A stretch of 64,000 nucleotides of DNA, taken from assembly GCA_963422645.2 (NCBI GenBank), contig CAXXVO010000006.1:160001-224000 (forward strand), given 5' to 3'. The position numbers and the translations under genes were made by a program. This stretch comes from Alphaproteobacteria bacterium (GTDB lineage Bacteria; Pseudomonadota; Alphaproteobacteria; UBA828). Shown in pieces: positions 9,868-21,549 of this stretch. Numbering within the stretch: the stretch's first letter is position 1; the number at the start of each line of letters is the position of its first letter. The notes beneath the pieces were generated by a model, which was not told the DNA's origin, searched no databases, and was given only the letters and a program-made list of their open reading frames with translations.

Positions 9868-10505
9868 GACAAGGCCCGTCGCGCCGGTAGGCGCGCGAGA
9901 TCGCAGGACGGCCCTCCGCCCGACACTCCCGCGCCCTCTGCCTGAACGCCAGAGCGCGTCCGCCCTTGACGGACGCGCGACAGGCCGCGACCGCGGCCCG
10001 CCGCTAATGCGGCGCCCTCGCGGAGGCGCCGGCTGCAAGCCGGCTGCCGTGAGCGACAAAGAATCAGCGCGTTTCCGTTCGAAACGGAAACACTCTAGTG
10101 ATCGCGGTTGACGCGCTGAGCCTCTACCAGATATTGTAGGTTGTCGGCTGCACACGCCGCCGTGTACGCCCGGCATCGGAACCTCGAAAGGGTGTTGCGC
10201 GCCATGGACATAACCGAACCACCGAACCCTCGTGCGCCCCTCAGACTCGTGGACGCCGAAGACCCCGCCCCCCTCGACGCACAATCCGATTCGAACGCAC
10301 CCGAGAAAATCGCCCGCGAGCAAACCAATATCCGTGAGATCGACGAGTCCCAGAAAGCCGTAACCGAGCGAATCCGCGACCAATACTGGACATGGTGACC
10401 GCCCCGACTATCGGTCGAACTGCATGGCCCCCTTTCCCTACCACCATTGATCCCCACGCCTTCTGTTGCTCTTGGACAGCCGCTTTCGGCGAAGGAACCC
10501 TGTGC

Positions 10506-10610
10506 GGCGCCGGCGACATGACCGTGTGCAAATTCCTGGAGGACGACGCCGCCGACGCGCTCCGCGTGGCTCGCGACTAGGTCGTCTCCTGGAAGGCCCC
10601 ACAGCCCGAC
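10506..10610 (+). repeat. Degenerate copy of the 3' end (9751-9855) of the upstream dehydrogenase gene
   Basis: Ungapped manual alignment, about 20 mismatches in 105 nt, with TGG->TAG. Confidence 0.8.
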
Positions 10611-10672
10611 GTCGAGACTTGTCTGTGAGCCCCACCGCGCGACGTCTTAAGAACGGCACCGGTTTTGTAACC

Positions 10673-13031
10673 TCAGACTTCCTGACCTCTGCTGATTTTA
10701 GGTGACACGAGCCGCGCGGATTCCGAGGCCCCGTCGATGTCGTAGACTATGCGCAGACGGGTGCCGGGGAAGACCGTTTCGGTGGCGTTCAGGTCGCTCA
10801 GAACCGCATCGATCCAACGGTCGCAGGCGTCGTTTGCGAGGCCAAGAATGTGGACCCGCAGGAGGCCATTGCCAGGATCCGGCAGGATGTCGGCATCGGC
10901 GGTGAGCAGCGCTTGAAGCAGTTTCCGGGGATGGGGCTTGTGGCCCTGCGCCTGCATGACGGGAAGCATCATGCGGGTTTCGGCGCGGTAGGCGATCATC
11001 CGGATGACGTCGAGGAGGAGGCGCTCGCGCGCGGGCAAGGCATCGAGCTGCTCGGCTTCGTCGAGGTCGCCGGCCCGGCAGTGCTTGGGCGTCTCCCTGC
11101 GGCTGGCCCTGACGATGTCGCGGACATCCTGGAGGTCCCTGACTTCCCTCCTGAGTTCCGCCGTCGGCTGCTTCTTCCGGGCCGTGTCGGCGATGCGGTT
11201 GCGCAGGCGGCCAAGCTGGCGGTCGAGGCGATGGATTGCCTTGTCATAGGCCCGCCGCAGCGGGTTGACGACCATGGCGGCGGGATCGAGAGGCTCGAGC
11301 TCGTGGGTCGGCAGGGCGTCGAGATTGAACTCGTCACGCATGTACTTGAAGAAGTTCTCCTGCGACCAGCGCGAGAACATGGCGCCCGCAACCTCAGCCA
11401 TCGGCTTGTGCGGATCGGTGGTGATCAGCGGCACCTGACGGCCGTTGTCGAGCAGGCGGCGGATCTGGCGCACCCTGAAGCCGTTCGGCAACGTCACCGG
11501 CTTCTCAGCCAGCCGCATGGTGGCGCTGCCGTCCGCCGCCGGTCCGTGAATGGGAACGGTCATCGCGCCGAAGTCCTCGGCCGGCCAGTCCTCGCCCCTG
11601 AAGTTCTTGTGCCAGGTCAGGCAGGCGACGCCGCGCCTCGCCAGCCGGCGGAACAGATCCGGGCTCCAGCCCTCGCGGTCGAAGACCAGGGTGAGCGCCG
11701 GCTGGCCGGGATGCTCGGCGGTCAGGTCCGGCGCCCCGGCGCCAACGATCCCAAGCTCCTGCAGCGCCGGCACCACGTCGGCTTCGATGGCCGCGACCAT
11801 CTTCGGGTCCAGCGGCTTGTGCAGACAGAGCAGCGGCTTGCCGCCCAGAGCGTTGATCCAGTAGCTGGCGCTCGCCGGCAGGCACAGCTTCTCGCGCGAG
11901 ACGAAGTGCTTGGGCAAGCGCCCCTTGCGGCCGGAGTAGACCTTGACGTGCCCGTCGATGGCCAGCGTCGCCCAGAGCTCCGGCTCGTCGGCCTTGCCAG
12001 CGCCTGGCAAGGGCGAGCTGCCACGCCCGCACGCCGGCCTCGTCGTCGGCGATGAGAGCGATCTTGCGGCGCAGCGTCTTGACCTCGGGGCAGCGATCGA
12101 GGCCGAGAATGGCGCCCCATTCGCCCGGCGCCTGGTAGCGCAGGCTCTCGGGGTTGCGCACCCGCGCCAAGGTCATGAAGGCCAGGAAGAGCAGGATCGT
12201 AGGCAAGCCGTAATAGCCCTTCGGCAGCAATGGCAGGAGACCGGTCTCGGAGAGAAGACCTTCCTTCAGCAGGGCCGGCAGGGCGGCGAGCACGCCGCCG
12301 AAGCGGACACCGCGGGCGGCGGCGGCGAACTGCGGTTCGACCGGCCCCGCCTGTCCACAACTGGCCAGAACCCGAGCCGGAACATCGCAAGTCGCACGCC
12401 CCATCGGCGCCTGCCGGTCCCGCCGATCGCGCGCGCTGCGATCCGTTTGCGGCTGCGCTTCCAGCCCCGGCGCCGTCTCCGGCCCCGGGGCACCGGTACT
12501 CTCTTCATCGACACGGCCTTCAGGAGCCGCACCCGCGTCAGGCGGCGCAGCCAGCGCTGAGCGTCCGGGCTCCCCATCCGCCTCCGTGTTGCCGATCAGT
12601 CCCTGACGGCGCCACTTGTTGACCGATGGCGCTGACACGCCGAGAACCCGGGCCGCCGCAGAGCCGCTCAGGCCCGATGCCAGCAACGCCGTCGCCTTCT
12701 CCGCCAACTCCGGAGTGAACACCGACGGCCCGCGACCGCGCCGGGGCTTCATGAACCCCGCTTCGCCCTCGGCCAGGTAGCGCCGTCGTGCGCGCTGCAC
12801 CGTCGCGCGCGAGACAGCGAAAGCGTCAGCCAGTTCCTGCGGCGAGACCGCGCTGATCGCCGCGAGGCGGCCGATCCGCAAGAGCATGGCCGTGCGGTCA
12901 TCGGCGGCGTGGCTGTCAAAGGGAATGAGGTTGGAAAAGTAGGTGAAGGTGTCGTCCGAGATCAGGACGGCGAAGCAGCTGTTGCCGATCGAGACCGCCT
13001 CTGGAGGGCACATTGGGAGGGTACTGGGCAT
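10673..13031 (-). pseudogene. Large HTH + DDE transposase with a +1 frameshift near 11995-12000
   Basis: ORFs 11505..13031 and 10673..12010 join as ...ALARRWQ/ADEPELWATLAIDGH...; 'IDGH', 'VFDREG', 'RWSQENFFK' (IS4-like YREK). Confidence 0.8.
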
Positions 13032-13185
13032 GGTTGAGACCGTGCAATTGGTATCAAATTATACTATCAGACCTCGGGCGCGACACCCAGCGAAAAACCG
13101 CCTGAAACAACCGAAATGTATCAGAATTCAAGGAGTTCCCGGCACGCTGCCCAGAACAGCCAGCATCACGAGGTCAGGAAGTCTG
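10674..13185 (-). mobile_element. Unclassified DDE insertion sequence (about 2.5 kb) with 16-bp TIR CAGACTTCCTGACCTC
   Basis: Perfect TIRs at 10674-10689 and 13170-13185; further copies at 32138-32607 and 34070-35275; flanks AACCT / AGGAT do not match each other. Confidence 0.85.
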
Positions 13186-13872
13186 AGGATATCGCCGTTC
13201 CGGCGAGGCTTGTGGCGCTGATCGAGCGCCGATACGACGAGATCATCGCCGATGCGCTGGCCTTTCACGAGAGCCAACCACCGTTCTCGCCTGGCAAGAG
13301 GAAGAAGCGCCGGAAGCGAAGGATCGGTCACAATCTGGCCTTGAGGCTGCGCGACCACAAATGCGCGGTGCTCCGGTTCCTGATCGACCTCGAGGTCGGG
13401 TTCACGAACAACGAGGCCGAGCGCGACCTTCGGATGATGAAGCTGCGCCAGAAGATCTCCGGGGGCTTCCGGTCCGCGCAGGGGGCCGAGAACTTCGCCA
13501 TCCTGCGCAGCGTCATCACCACCGCCAGAAAGCAGGGCTGGAATATCATCGAAGCCCTGACCAGCCCATCGGATCGGCTCATCGCCACCGTCAAGTGCGC
13601 GTAAGCTCACCTGGCACGGGTTCTCCAACAGCGGAGCCATTCTCATAAACGATCATGGTCGACGCCGTGCTGGACCACCCCATAGAATGAAAATCGGTGC
13701 CCGTCGCGCGGGCGGACTTCGGGCCACATCGGGGTAGCTTACCGGTCGCAGTCCGCAAGAGGGGCATCGTGAGCTGTGAAACCCGGCGACCACAGAGGAG
13801 CACACGGGCGTCGCGTGGGTAGCGTTGTGCCGAATCCCAGAGAATTTTCACAGCAAGAACCTGGGCAGTTAC
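13186..13872 (+). mobile_element. 3' remnant of the IS66 (ISBst12-type) element, truncated by the ANNNT IS
   Basis: Near-identical to the matching part of 37922-39809; 'FTNNEAERDLRMMKLRQKISGGFRS'; ends CCTGGGCAGTTAC. Confidence 0.9.
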
Positions 13873-13971
13873 GTCCCACCAGCCTCTCGCGGGGCGCGGG
13901 CGATTCCAATCCGGCGCCGATCGCTCTACCATTCCGGGTGCGGCGCCGGGGTGCGCGCCAGGGAGGATGCG

Positions 13972-14553
13972 ATGAAGACCATCGAGATCACACAGGACGA
14001 AATGCAGAGCCGGGTTTCGCGCTACAGCGCGCTGGAGCCGCTGCCGATCCAGCAGGACCCGGAGATTCCGCTGGAGGCCAACGACGTCATCTACGCGCGC
14101 AAGCTGCTCTCGGTCATCGGGCTCGACGGCGACGTGGAGACGCCGATCAACACCGGCGCGCCCATCGTGGATGCCGCCGGCATGACCATGACGCTCGCCG
14201 TCTGCCCGCCGGGCCAGGGCCCCTCGCTCCACGCCCATCACCAGACCTACGAGACCTTCACCGTGCTCAAGGGCCGCTTCGAGGTGACCTGGAACGACGA
14301 CGGCAGCGGACGGGTGGAACTCGACCAGTTCGACACCATCTCGGTGCCGCCCAAGGTCAACCGCGCCTTCCGCAACATCGGCGAGGACGAGGGCATCCTG
14401 CAGGTGCTGATCTCGGGCGGCGTGCACGACATGACCGATATCGACATGGCGCCCTCCACCGCGGTCAAGCTCGACGCCATACAGCCAGGTGTGAAAGAGA
14501 AGTTCGCGGCCAGGGGCCTGACCTTCACCGCGCAGAAGGAGGAGGCGGCCTGA
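13972..14553 (+). CDS. Cupin domain protein
   Basis: 'PPGQGPSLHAHHQTYETFTVLKG' cupin motif 1, 'DTISVPP' motif 2; GGAGG RBS. Confidence 0.85.
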   Translation: MKTIEITQDEMQSRVSRYSALEPLPIQQDPEIPLEANDVIYARKLLSVIGLDGDVETPINTGAPIVDAAGMTMTLAVCPPGQGPSLHAHHQTYETFTVLKGRFEVTWNDDGSGRVELDQFDTISVPPKVNRAFRNIGEDEGILQVLISGGVHDMTDIDMAPSTAVKLDAIQPGVKEKFAARGLTFTAQKEEAA

Positions 14554-14582
14554 GCGGCGCGCCCGGGCGGGAGGGCTGCGCC

Positions 14583-15584
14583 ATGGAGAGCGTGCGCATC
14601 GGCGTGATCGGGCTCGGCTGGTTCGGCGAGATCCATTGCGATGCGATCAAGGCGACCCCCGGCCTGGAGCTTGCGGGCCTTTGCACGCGGACCGAATCGC
14701 GGCTCGCCGACCTCGGCCGCAAGTACGGAGTGGGCGTGCTGGAAACCGACTACCGCGCGCTGCTGGAACGCGACGACCTCGACGCCGTCAGCGTCGTCAC
14801 CATGTGGGACCAGCACACCCGGCCCACGCTGGATGCGCTCGCGGCGGGCAAGCACGTCTTCCTCGAGAAGCCGATGGCGTCGACGGTGGAGGACTGTGCG
14901 AAGATCGTGGCGGCGGCGGAGGCAGCAACGGGCTACCTCATGGTGGGGCACATCTGCCGCTTCAACCCGCGCTATGCCACGGCCAAGCGCGAGATCGAGG
15001 CCGGCAACATCGGGTGCATCGTGGCGCTGAGCTCGCGGCGCAACATCCCGGCGGCGTGGACGCCCGAGATCCTCAACAAGATCGGTCCGATCATCGGCGA
15101 CGCCATCCACGACACCGACCTGATGCTCTGGTTCACCGGCGCTAAGGTGGTGAGCGCCTACGCCCAGACCGTGGACGTGCGCGGCCTCAAATACCCGGAT
15201 ATCGGCCAGACCATGTACCGCTTCGATTCAGGCGCGACGGCGACGCTGGAGACGGTCTGGTGCATGCCGGAGAAGACCCCCTTCGACATCGACGAGCGCA
15301 TGTCGATCATCGGTACCGAGGGCTTCATCCATATCCAGGACACCTTCCCCAACATCGGCATCTGCACCAAGGACGGCTTCCGCAGCCCGGACACCACTTA
15401 TTGGCCCGAGCTGCACGGCAAGCTCTCCGGCGCGCTGCGGGAGGAGTTCCTCTACTTCGCCCGCTGCGTGCGCGAGGGCACGCCGCCCACCATCATCACG
15501 CCTCAAGAGTCGATGGAGGCGGTGCGGACCACGCTCGCGGCCGAGCGCTCGGCAGAAACCGGCGAGGTGGTGCGGTTGGATTAG
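14583..15584 (+). CDS. Gfo/Idh/MocA family oxidoreductase
   Basis: 'IGVIGLGWFG', 'GKHVFLEKP', 'GHICRFNP', 'IHDTD'. Confidence 0.9.
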   Translation: MESVRIGVIGLGWFGEIHCDAIKATPGLELAGLCTRTESRLADLGRKYGVGVLETDYRALLERDDLDAVSVVTMWDQHTRPTLDALAAGKHVFLEKPMASTVEDCAKIVAAAEAATGYLMVGHICRFNPRYATAKREIEAGNIGCIVALSSRRNIPAAWTPEILNKIGPIIGDAIHDTDLMLWFTGAKVVSAYAQTVDVRGLKYPDIGQTMYRFDSGATATLETVWCMPEKTPFDIDERMSIIGTEGFIHIQDTFPNIGICTKDGFRSPDTTYWPELHGKLSGALREEFLYFARCVREGTPPTIITPQESMEAVRTTLAAERSAETGEVVRLD

Positions 15585-15633
15585 GCGGCGATCGGTATCG
15601 CTTTGCCCTGTTGTTCGGCACGTGGGTTGTGCG

Positions 15634-17355
15634 TCAGTCGGCGGCGGCTCCACCGCGAATGAGCTGGCCGGGGTGCGCGCCGGTGGGTTCGCCCTCCCTC
15701 AGCGTAACCGCGCCGTTGACGACCGTGGCGGCGATGCCGTCGGCTTTCTGCACCAGCCTGCGGGCGCCGCCGGGCAGGTCGTGCTGAACCGTCGGCAGGC
15801 GCGGCTTCACCGTCGCTTCGTCGAAGACGACGATGTCGGCCGCGAAGCCCGGGCGCAGCAGGCCCCGGTCGTGCATGTCCCAGGCGGATGCGTTGTTGAA
15901 GGTCAGCATCCTTACCGCTTCCTCCAACGTGAATGCCTGCTTGGCGCGCACCCAGTAGCTCAGCAAGTGCGTCTGGAGCGATGACCCCATCTCCTGGCAC
16001 ACGTGCGCGCCAGAGTCGGAAAAGGTGGCAAGCGAGCGGGGGTTCTCCAGCATCCGGCGAACCTCGTCCGGCGTCTCGTTCACCAGGGGCTGGAAGAAGA
16101 GCAGATCCTCGTCTTCCGCCATCAGGTCGAGCATGACCTCGACGGGGTTTCGGTCGGACCTTCGCGCGAGCTCCGCGATGCTCGGCTCATCCCATTGCAC
16201 GCCGAACATCGGAAAGAGGTTGGCGTAGTCGGGCTTGCGCGGATCCGTCGTGGCAGCGCCGCCGCCCTGGAACTCGTTGCTCCTGGGTTTCATCCCCGCT
16301 TCGGCCGCGACCAGGCTCGCGCGGGTATCCGGGTCGCGGAAGCGGGCCTGCTGCTCCTCCACCGGGAGGCCGCGGATGTCGCTCCAGACCGGCAAGGCGT
16401 CGAAGGGCAGGTAGGACTTTAACGAGAACATGGCGTTGATCGACCTGGTGGTGGCTTGCCCCAGCACCCGCCCCCCTTCGGCGGCGACCCGGTCCATCCA
16501 TTCGAACTGGTACTCGAGGGGATGGGGATTGTCGCCCTGGCGGCTCGAAAGGACCCCCAGCATCAGCGGCCGGCGGCTTGAGACCGCGATCTTCGCCAGC
16601 TCGTCCAGGCATGCGCCCTGTGCTTCGCCGCCGGAGACGTCGGGTCCGACCTGGAAGATGCCGGCGTTCAGCTCGGCCATCGCGTGCACCAGGTGCGCGA
16701 TTTCCGCCCAGTTGGCGATGCGGCTCGCCACCGGGCCGCCGTCCGGGCGGATATGGGTGGTGGCCCTGGACGAAGAGAGGCCCACGGCGCCGGCGCGAAG
16801 CGCCTCTTGCACCAGGTCCGTCATGAGCTTCAGATCGTCCTCGTCGGCCTCTCGGTCCAGGGCGCGCTCTCCCATCGCGTACATCCTGAGAGCCGAGTGC
16901 CCGATATAGGCGGCGTAGTTGATGGCCTTGGGGAACGATTCGACGGCCGCGAGATATTCCGGGAAGGTCTCCCAGCGCCAGTCGATTCCGGCCACCATGG
17001 CATCCTTGGGGATGTCCTCGACCGCCTCCAGGCATTCGGCGAACCACTCTCTTGCCTCTGGCTTGCAGGGCGCCAGCGCAAACCCGCAATTGCCCATCAC
17101 CACGCTGGTCACGCCGTGCCAGCAGGAGCATGTCCCCGCCGGGTCCCATGCCACCTGCGCGTCCATGTGGGTGTGACCGTCGATGAAGCCGGGTGCGACG
17201 ATCATGCCTTCGGCGTCGATCGTCTCGTTGGCAGGGCTACGGATCCGGCCGATTTCCGCGATCTGTCCCTGCTTGACCCCGACGTCCGCCCGGTAGCGGG
17301 GCGTACCGGAGCCGTCGACCAGGGTTCCGTTGCGGATCAGCAGGTCGAATGTCAT
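15634..17355 (-). CDS. N-acyl-D-amino-acid deacylase family amidohydrolase
   Basis: 'APGFIDGHTHMD', 'GVTSVVMGNCG', 'SDSGAH', 'ADIVVFD'. Confidence 0.88.
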   Translation of the reverse strand: MTFDLLIRNGTLVDGSGTPRYRADVGVKQGQIAEIGRIRSPANETIDAEGMIVAPGFIDGHTHMDAQVAWDPAGTCSCWHGVTSVVMGNCGFALAPCKPEAREWFAECLEAVEDIPKDAMVAGIDWRWETFPEYLAAVESFPKAINYAAYIGHSALRMYAMGERALDREADEDDLKLMTDLVQEALRAGAVGLSSSRATTHIRPDGGPVASRIANWAEIAHLVHAMAELNAGIFQVGPDVSGGEAQGACLDELAKIAVSSRRPLMLGVLSSRQGDNPHPLEYQFEWMDRVAAEGGRVLGQATTRSINAMFSLKSYLPFDALPVWSDIRGLPVEEQQARFRDPDTRASLVAAEAGMKPRSNEFQGGGAATTDPRKPDYANLFPMFGVQWDEPSIAELARRSDRNPVEVMLDLMAEDEDLLFFQPLVNETPDEVRRMLENPRSLATFSDSGAHVCQEMGSSLQTHLLSYWVRAKQAFTLEEAVRMLTFNNASAWDMHDRGLLRPGFAADIVVFDEATVKPRLPTVQHDLPGGARRLVQKADGIAATVVNGAVTLREGEPTGAHPGQLIRGGAAAD

Positions 17356-17654
17356 CAGCCAATTTCCCGGACGGTGTTGGAGACAGGGGAACGCTATCAG
17401 CCGGGACCTTCACCGACAACACAGGCAGCGCCTGACTGACTTGATCCCGCCCCACGAGCAACGTTCCTCAGAAGCTGTTGTTCGGTGTGAAATTTGGACC
17501 CCGCAGCATCAAGCTACTTCAAGTGCTTATCGCGCCGATCGGCGCGCAACCCGTGCGCCGAACAACACCCCTGGGGCCGCGCAGCGCCGATTTCGCGCCC
17601 GGTTGGACGCGCCTTTCCGTCAATTGCAGCTGGTGTGAGGCGGGGGCGCTTGCC

Positions 17655-18677
17655 TTAGCGGAAGTGCGGAATCACGTGGTCGCCGTAGTCGGCGACGATA
17701 CGCTCCTCCGAGCCGTTGGTGAGGTAGATCGTGAACTGGGTGACGCCCGCCGCCTGCAGCGCCTTGAGCTTGGCCACGTGCTCGTCCGGCTCGCCCAGGA
17801 TGCAGAAGGAGTCGGTGATCTCCGGCGTGATGTAATAGGTGTTGTCGGAGACCTTGTCGGCGTGCTGGCGGTAGTTGTAGCCCGCGCCGCCCGCGCCCGC
17901 GCCGCGCCGCGCTTCGATATAGGCGGTGAGGCTGTCGGGCACGAGGTCGGTACCGGCGCCGTACTTCTCGACGATATCGGCCACGTGGTTGCCGACCAGC
18001 GCGGGGAACCACTTGGTCTGCGCGATGCCGGCCTCCTTGTCGCCGACCCAGACAGGGGCGGCCGAGAGCACCCGGTAGCCCCCCATGTCGCGGCCCGCGG
18101 CCTCGCCCGCCACCTTGGCCTGGCCGCCGAACCACTCACAGAGCCCGACGTCGGCGAGCTGGATGATGAGTCCGTCGCCGACCTCGCCGGCCGTCTTCAG
18201 CGCCTTGGGCCCGTAGGCCGCGAACCAGACCGGCATGGGGTGGCCCGCGACCCACTCCATGTAGACCGGCTCCGGGCAGTCCGCGTATTGCACGGTATCG
18301 CCCGCCACCATCTTGCGCATCGCATCGCAGAACTCGGCGGTGTAGGCCAGCGTCGCCGGCGACTTGCCCATGACCCGCATGGAGCTGTCGCCGCGCCCGA
18401 CCGCGATGTCGAAGCGGCCGCGCCCGATGTCGCTCAGCGTGGCGAAGAGGCTCGCCGCCACGGACCAGTCGCGCACCTTGGGGTTGGTCACCAGCGGGCC
18501 GTAGCGCACGCGCTCGGTATTGGCCATGCAGACCGCCATCTTGGTGTAGCAGTCCGACCAGAGGATGTGGGAATCGAAGAACCAGACATAGTCGAAGCCC
18601 GCCACTTCGCACTGGCGCGCGATGGCGACGGTGCGCTCGACCCCTATGTCGCCCTTGAAAGCAATCCCAAACTCCAT
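17655..18677 (-). CDS. Luciferase-like (LLM class) flavin/F420-type oxidoreductase
   Basis: 'GFDYVWFFDSHILW', 'GPLVTNP', 'GRGDS', 'AAYGPKAL'. Confidence 0.85.
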   Translation of the reverse strand: MEFGIAFKGDIGVERTVAIARQCEVAGFDYVWFFDSHILWSDCYTKMAVCMANTERVRYGPLVTNPKVRDWSVAASLFATLSDIGRGRFDIAVGRGDSSMRVMGKSPATLAYTAEFCDAMRKMVAGDTVQYADCPEPVYMEWVAGHPMPVWFAAYGPKALKTAGEVGDGLIIQLADVGLCEWFGGQAKVAGEAAGRDMGGYRVLSAAPVWVGDKEAGIAQTKWFPALVGNHVADIVEKYGAGTDLVPDSLTAYIEARRGAGAGGAGYNYRQHADKVSDNTYYITPEITDSFCILGEPDEHVAKLKALQAAGVTQFTIYLTNGSEERIVADYGDHVIPHFR

Positions 18678-18810
18678 CCCTCAGCTCCCCTTTGGCCTCC
18701 GCAGCGCTGGCGCGGCCTGCGGCCGCCCGCGAAGCCGCCATAGTAGCGCACTTGCGCTGCGGACTTGAACGGCGCGGGGGAACGCCGCCTCGTGAGCAGG
18801 GCGTGGCCGG

Positions 18811-21549
18811 TCAGGGCGCTGGCCCCTCCTCGTCTCCGTCGAGCCCAGCGCGCAGAGCGTAGACGAGCTCCAGTGCGTCCCGCGGCGTGAGGTCGTCGGG
18901 GTTGATGGCTGCGAGGCGGGCGCGGAGCGGATCGGGCGCAGGGTCAGGCAGCGCGGGCGCGGACGGGCGGGCCTGGAAGAGCGGCAGGTCGTTCGCGAGC
19001 CTGGCGGCGGCAGTAGCCTTCTCGCCCTGCTCCAGCACCGCCAGCACCGCCTCGGCGCGGGTCAGAACCGCCTCGGGCAACCCTGCGAGACGCGCCACGT
19101 GGATTCCGTAGGAGCGATCCGCCGCACCCGGTGCCACTTCGTGCAGGAACACCACGCTTCCCTTCCATTCCTTTATCCGCATGGTGTGGCAGGCGAGCCG
19201 GTCGAGCTTCTGGGCGAGCGCGGTGAGCTCGTGATAGTGGGTCGCGAAGAGCGCCCGGCAGCGATTGCCGTCGTGCAGATGCTCGATCGCGGCCCAGGCA
19301 ATGGAGAGCCCATCATAGGTGGCGGTGCCGCGCCCGATCTCGTCGAGGATCACCAACGCCCCCCCGCCGGCCTGGTTGAGAATGGCGGCGGTCTCCACCA
19401 TCTCCACCATGAAGGTGGAACGCCCACGCGCGAGATCGTCGGCCGCGCCGACGCGGGAGAAGAGCCGGTCCACCACGCCGATTCGGGCGGAGGCGGCGGG
19501 CACGAACGAGCCCATCTGCGCCAGCACCGCGATCAGCGCATTCTGGCGCAGGAAGGTGCTCTTGCCGGCCATGTTGGGGCCGGTAACCAGCCAGATCCGG
19601 GCGTCCTCGCCCAGGTCGCAATCGTTGGGGACGAAGGGCGTATCCCCGCCTGCGCCCATGGCTTCCACCACCGGGTGCCGGCCGCCCTCGATCGCGAAGG
19701 TGGCCGTGTCGTCGACAATGGGCCGCGTATAGCGTCGCTCGACGGCGAGCTGAGCCAGCCCCTGGGCCACGTCAAGCGCAGCCAGGGCGCCGGCGGCCCG
19801 CGCGATGTCCTCGGCCCGGCGGACGACATCGGCGCGGAGGTCGTCGAAGTGCGCCTGCTCCAGGCTGAGCGCCTTGTCGGCCGCGCCGGTAATCCGTGCC
19901 TCCAGCTCGCCGAGCTCCACGGTCGTGTAGCGGACGGCGCTCGCCAGCGTCTGGCGGTGAATGAAGGCCTCGGTCAGCGCCTCGGCCCGCGGCGGCGGCA
20001 CCTCGACGTAGTAGCCGAGCACGTTGTTGTGGCGCACCTTGAGGGCATTGACGCCGGTCTCGGTGCGGTAGCGGGCCTCCAGCCCGCCGATCAGACGCCG
20101 GCTGTGGTCGCGCAGCTCCACCACCTCGTCGAGCGCTTCATCGTAGCCACGCGCGATGACGCCGCCCTCCCGGATGCTGGGCGGCGGGCTCTCCACGAGC
20201 GCCTGGTTCAGGCGATCCACGAGGCTCTGGTGATGGCCGAGCGCCTTGAGATCGGCTGCGAGCGCCGGCGGCGGCCTTCGCAGGCCGCCGGCGTCCTCAG
20301 CGCCGAGAGCATTCCGGATCGCCGGAATCTGGCCGAGCGCATCGCGTACCGCGGCGAGGTCGCGCGGCCCGCCGCGCCCCAGGCTGAGGCGCGAGAGCGC
20401 GCGCTCCACGTCTGGGCAGCGACGCAACCGCTCCCGAAGGCCACTCCGCGCGCCCTCCGCCTCGACCAGGAAGCCGATGGAATCGAGCCGCTCGGCGATG
20501 GCGGCAGGCTCGGTGAGCGGTGCGGTGAGCCGCGCCCTGAGCAGCCGGGCGCCCGCCCCGGTGACGGTGCGGTCGATCACCGAAAGCAGGCTGCCTGCCG
20601 CACCGCCGTCCAGGGTCGCCGTGAGCTCCAGGTTGCGTCGGGTCGCGGCGTCGATCGCCATCGCGGCGCCGGTCTCGGTCGAGCGGAGCCGCGCGAGCCG
20701 CGGTAGCTGGCCCTTCTGGGTGAGCTGCAGATAGCCGAGCACGGCGCCGGCGGCAGCGAGCTCAGCGCGTCCGAAGGAGCCGAGACCGTCGAGGGAGGCC
20801 AAGCCGTAGAACGCCGCGAGTGCGCGCCCGGCGGCGACACTGTCGAAGAGGGAGCGCGGCTGGGGCGTGAGGGCTTCCTTCCATTCGGCGAAGAGCTCGA
20901 AGAGCGCCGGTGTCTCGAGCAGCGGCTCGGGCACCAGGATTTCGCCGGGCTCAAGGCGCGCGAGCGCCGCAGGCAGCGAAGCCTCGGAGACCCTCATCAC
21001 CGCGAATTCACCGGTGGACATCTCGGCCCACGCCAGCGCCAGGGCGCCTTCGGCCTGTGCAAGGGCTGCGAGGTAGTTGGCCGCGCGTGCATCCAGGAGC
21101 GCATCCTCGCTCAGCGTCCCCGGCGTCACCACGCGGACGACCTCGCGGCGGACGACCGCCTTCGCGCCCCGCTTGCGGGCCTCGGCCGGATCCTCCACCT
21201 GCTCGCAGACGGCGACTCTGAAGCCCTTTCGGATCATCCGTTGGAGATAGCCCTCGGCGCTCACCACGGGCACGCCGCACATCGGGATCTCCTGTCCCTG
21301 GTGGAGGCCCCTCTTGGTGAGCGCGATGTCGAGCGCCTCCGAGGCTTGCCGCGCGTCGTCGAAAAAGAGCTCGTAGAAGTCCCCCATCCGGTAGAAGAGG
21401 AGGTGGTCCGGGTGGGCGCCCTTGATTTCAAGATATTGCGCCATCATCGGCGTCGCGGGCTCGACGCGACGCGCGCGCGGGCGGCCCCGGCGGGCAACGC
21501 GGGCGGCAGCCGGCAGGGCGGATGCTTGCGCCTGGGCGTCATCGGGCAT
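18811..21549 (-). CDS. mutS: DNA mismatch repair protein MutS
   Basis: 'TPMMAQY', 'GDFYELF', '[10 protein letters not shown]', 'STFMVEM', 'DEIGRGT', 'SYGIHVA'; exact start uncertain. Confidence 0.97.
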   Translation of the reverse strand: MPDDAQAQASALPAAARVARRGRPRARRVEPATPMMAQYLEIKGAHPDHLLFYRMGDFYELFFDDARQASEALDIALTKRGLHQGQEIPMCGVPVVSAEGYLQRMIRKGFRVAVCEQVEDPAEARKRGAKAVVRREVVRVVTPGTLSEDALLDARAANYLAALAQAEGALALAWAEMSTGEFAVMRVSEASLPAALARLEPGEILVPEPLLETPALFELFAEWKEALTPQPRSLFDSVAAGRALAAFYGLASLDGLGSFGRAELAAAGAVLGYLQLTQKGQLPRLARLRSTETGAAMAIDAATRRNLELTATLDGGAAGSLLSVIDRTVTGAGARLLRARLTAPLTEPAAIAERLDSIGFLVEAEGARSGLRERLRRCPDVERALSRLSLGRGGPRDLAAVRDALGQIPAIRNALGAEDAGGLRRPPPALAADLKALGHHQSLVDRLNQALVESPPPSIREGGVIARGYDEALDEVVELRDHSRRLIGGLEARYRTETGVNALKVRHNNVLGYYVEVPPPRAEALTEAFIHRQTLASAVRYTTVELGELEARITGAADKALSLEQAHFDDLRADVVRRAEDIARAAGALAALDVAQGLAQLAVERRYTRPIVDDTATFAIEGGRHPVVEAMGAGGDTPFVPNDCDLGEDARIWLVTGPNMAGKSTFLRQNALIAVLAQMGSFVPAASARIGVVDRLFSRVGAADDLARGRSTFMVEMVETAAILNQAGGGALVILDEIGRGTATYDGLSIAWAAIEHLHDGNRCRALFATHYHELTALAQKLDRLACHTMRIKEWKGSVVFLHEVAPGAADRSYGIHVARLAGLPEAVLTRAEAVLAVLEQGEKATAAARLANDLPLFQARPSAPALPDPAPDPLRARLAAINPDDLTPRDALELVYALRAGLDGDEEGPAP

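Noticed and set aside
9751-10610. DGR template/variable repeat pair
   Set aside because: Mismatches are not adenine-specific, the target is a metabolic enzyme, and no reverse transcriptase is present
13116-13604. Independent 162-aa gene
   Set aside because: It is a chimera of the ANNNT IS end and the IS66 transposase C-terminus
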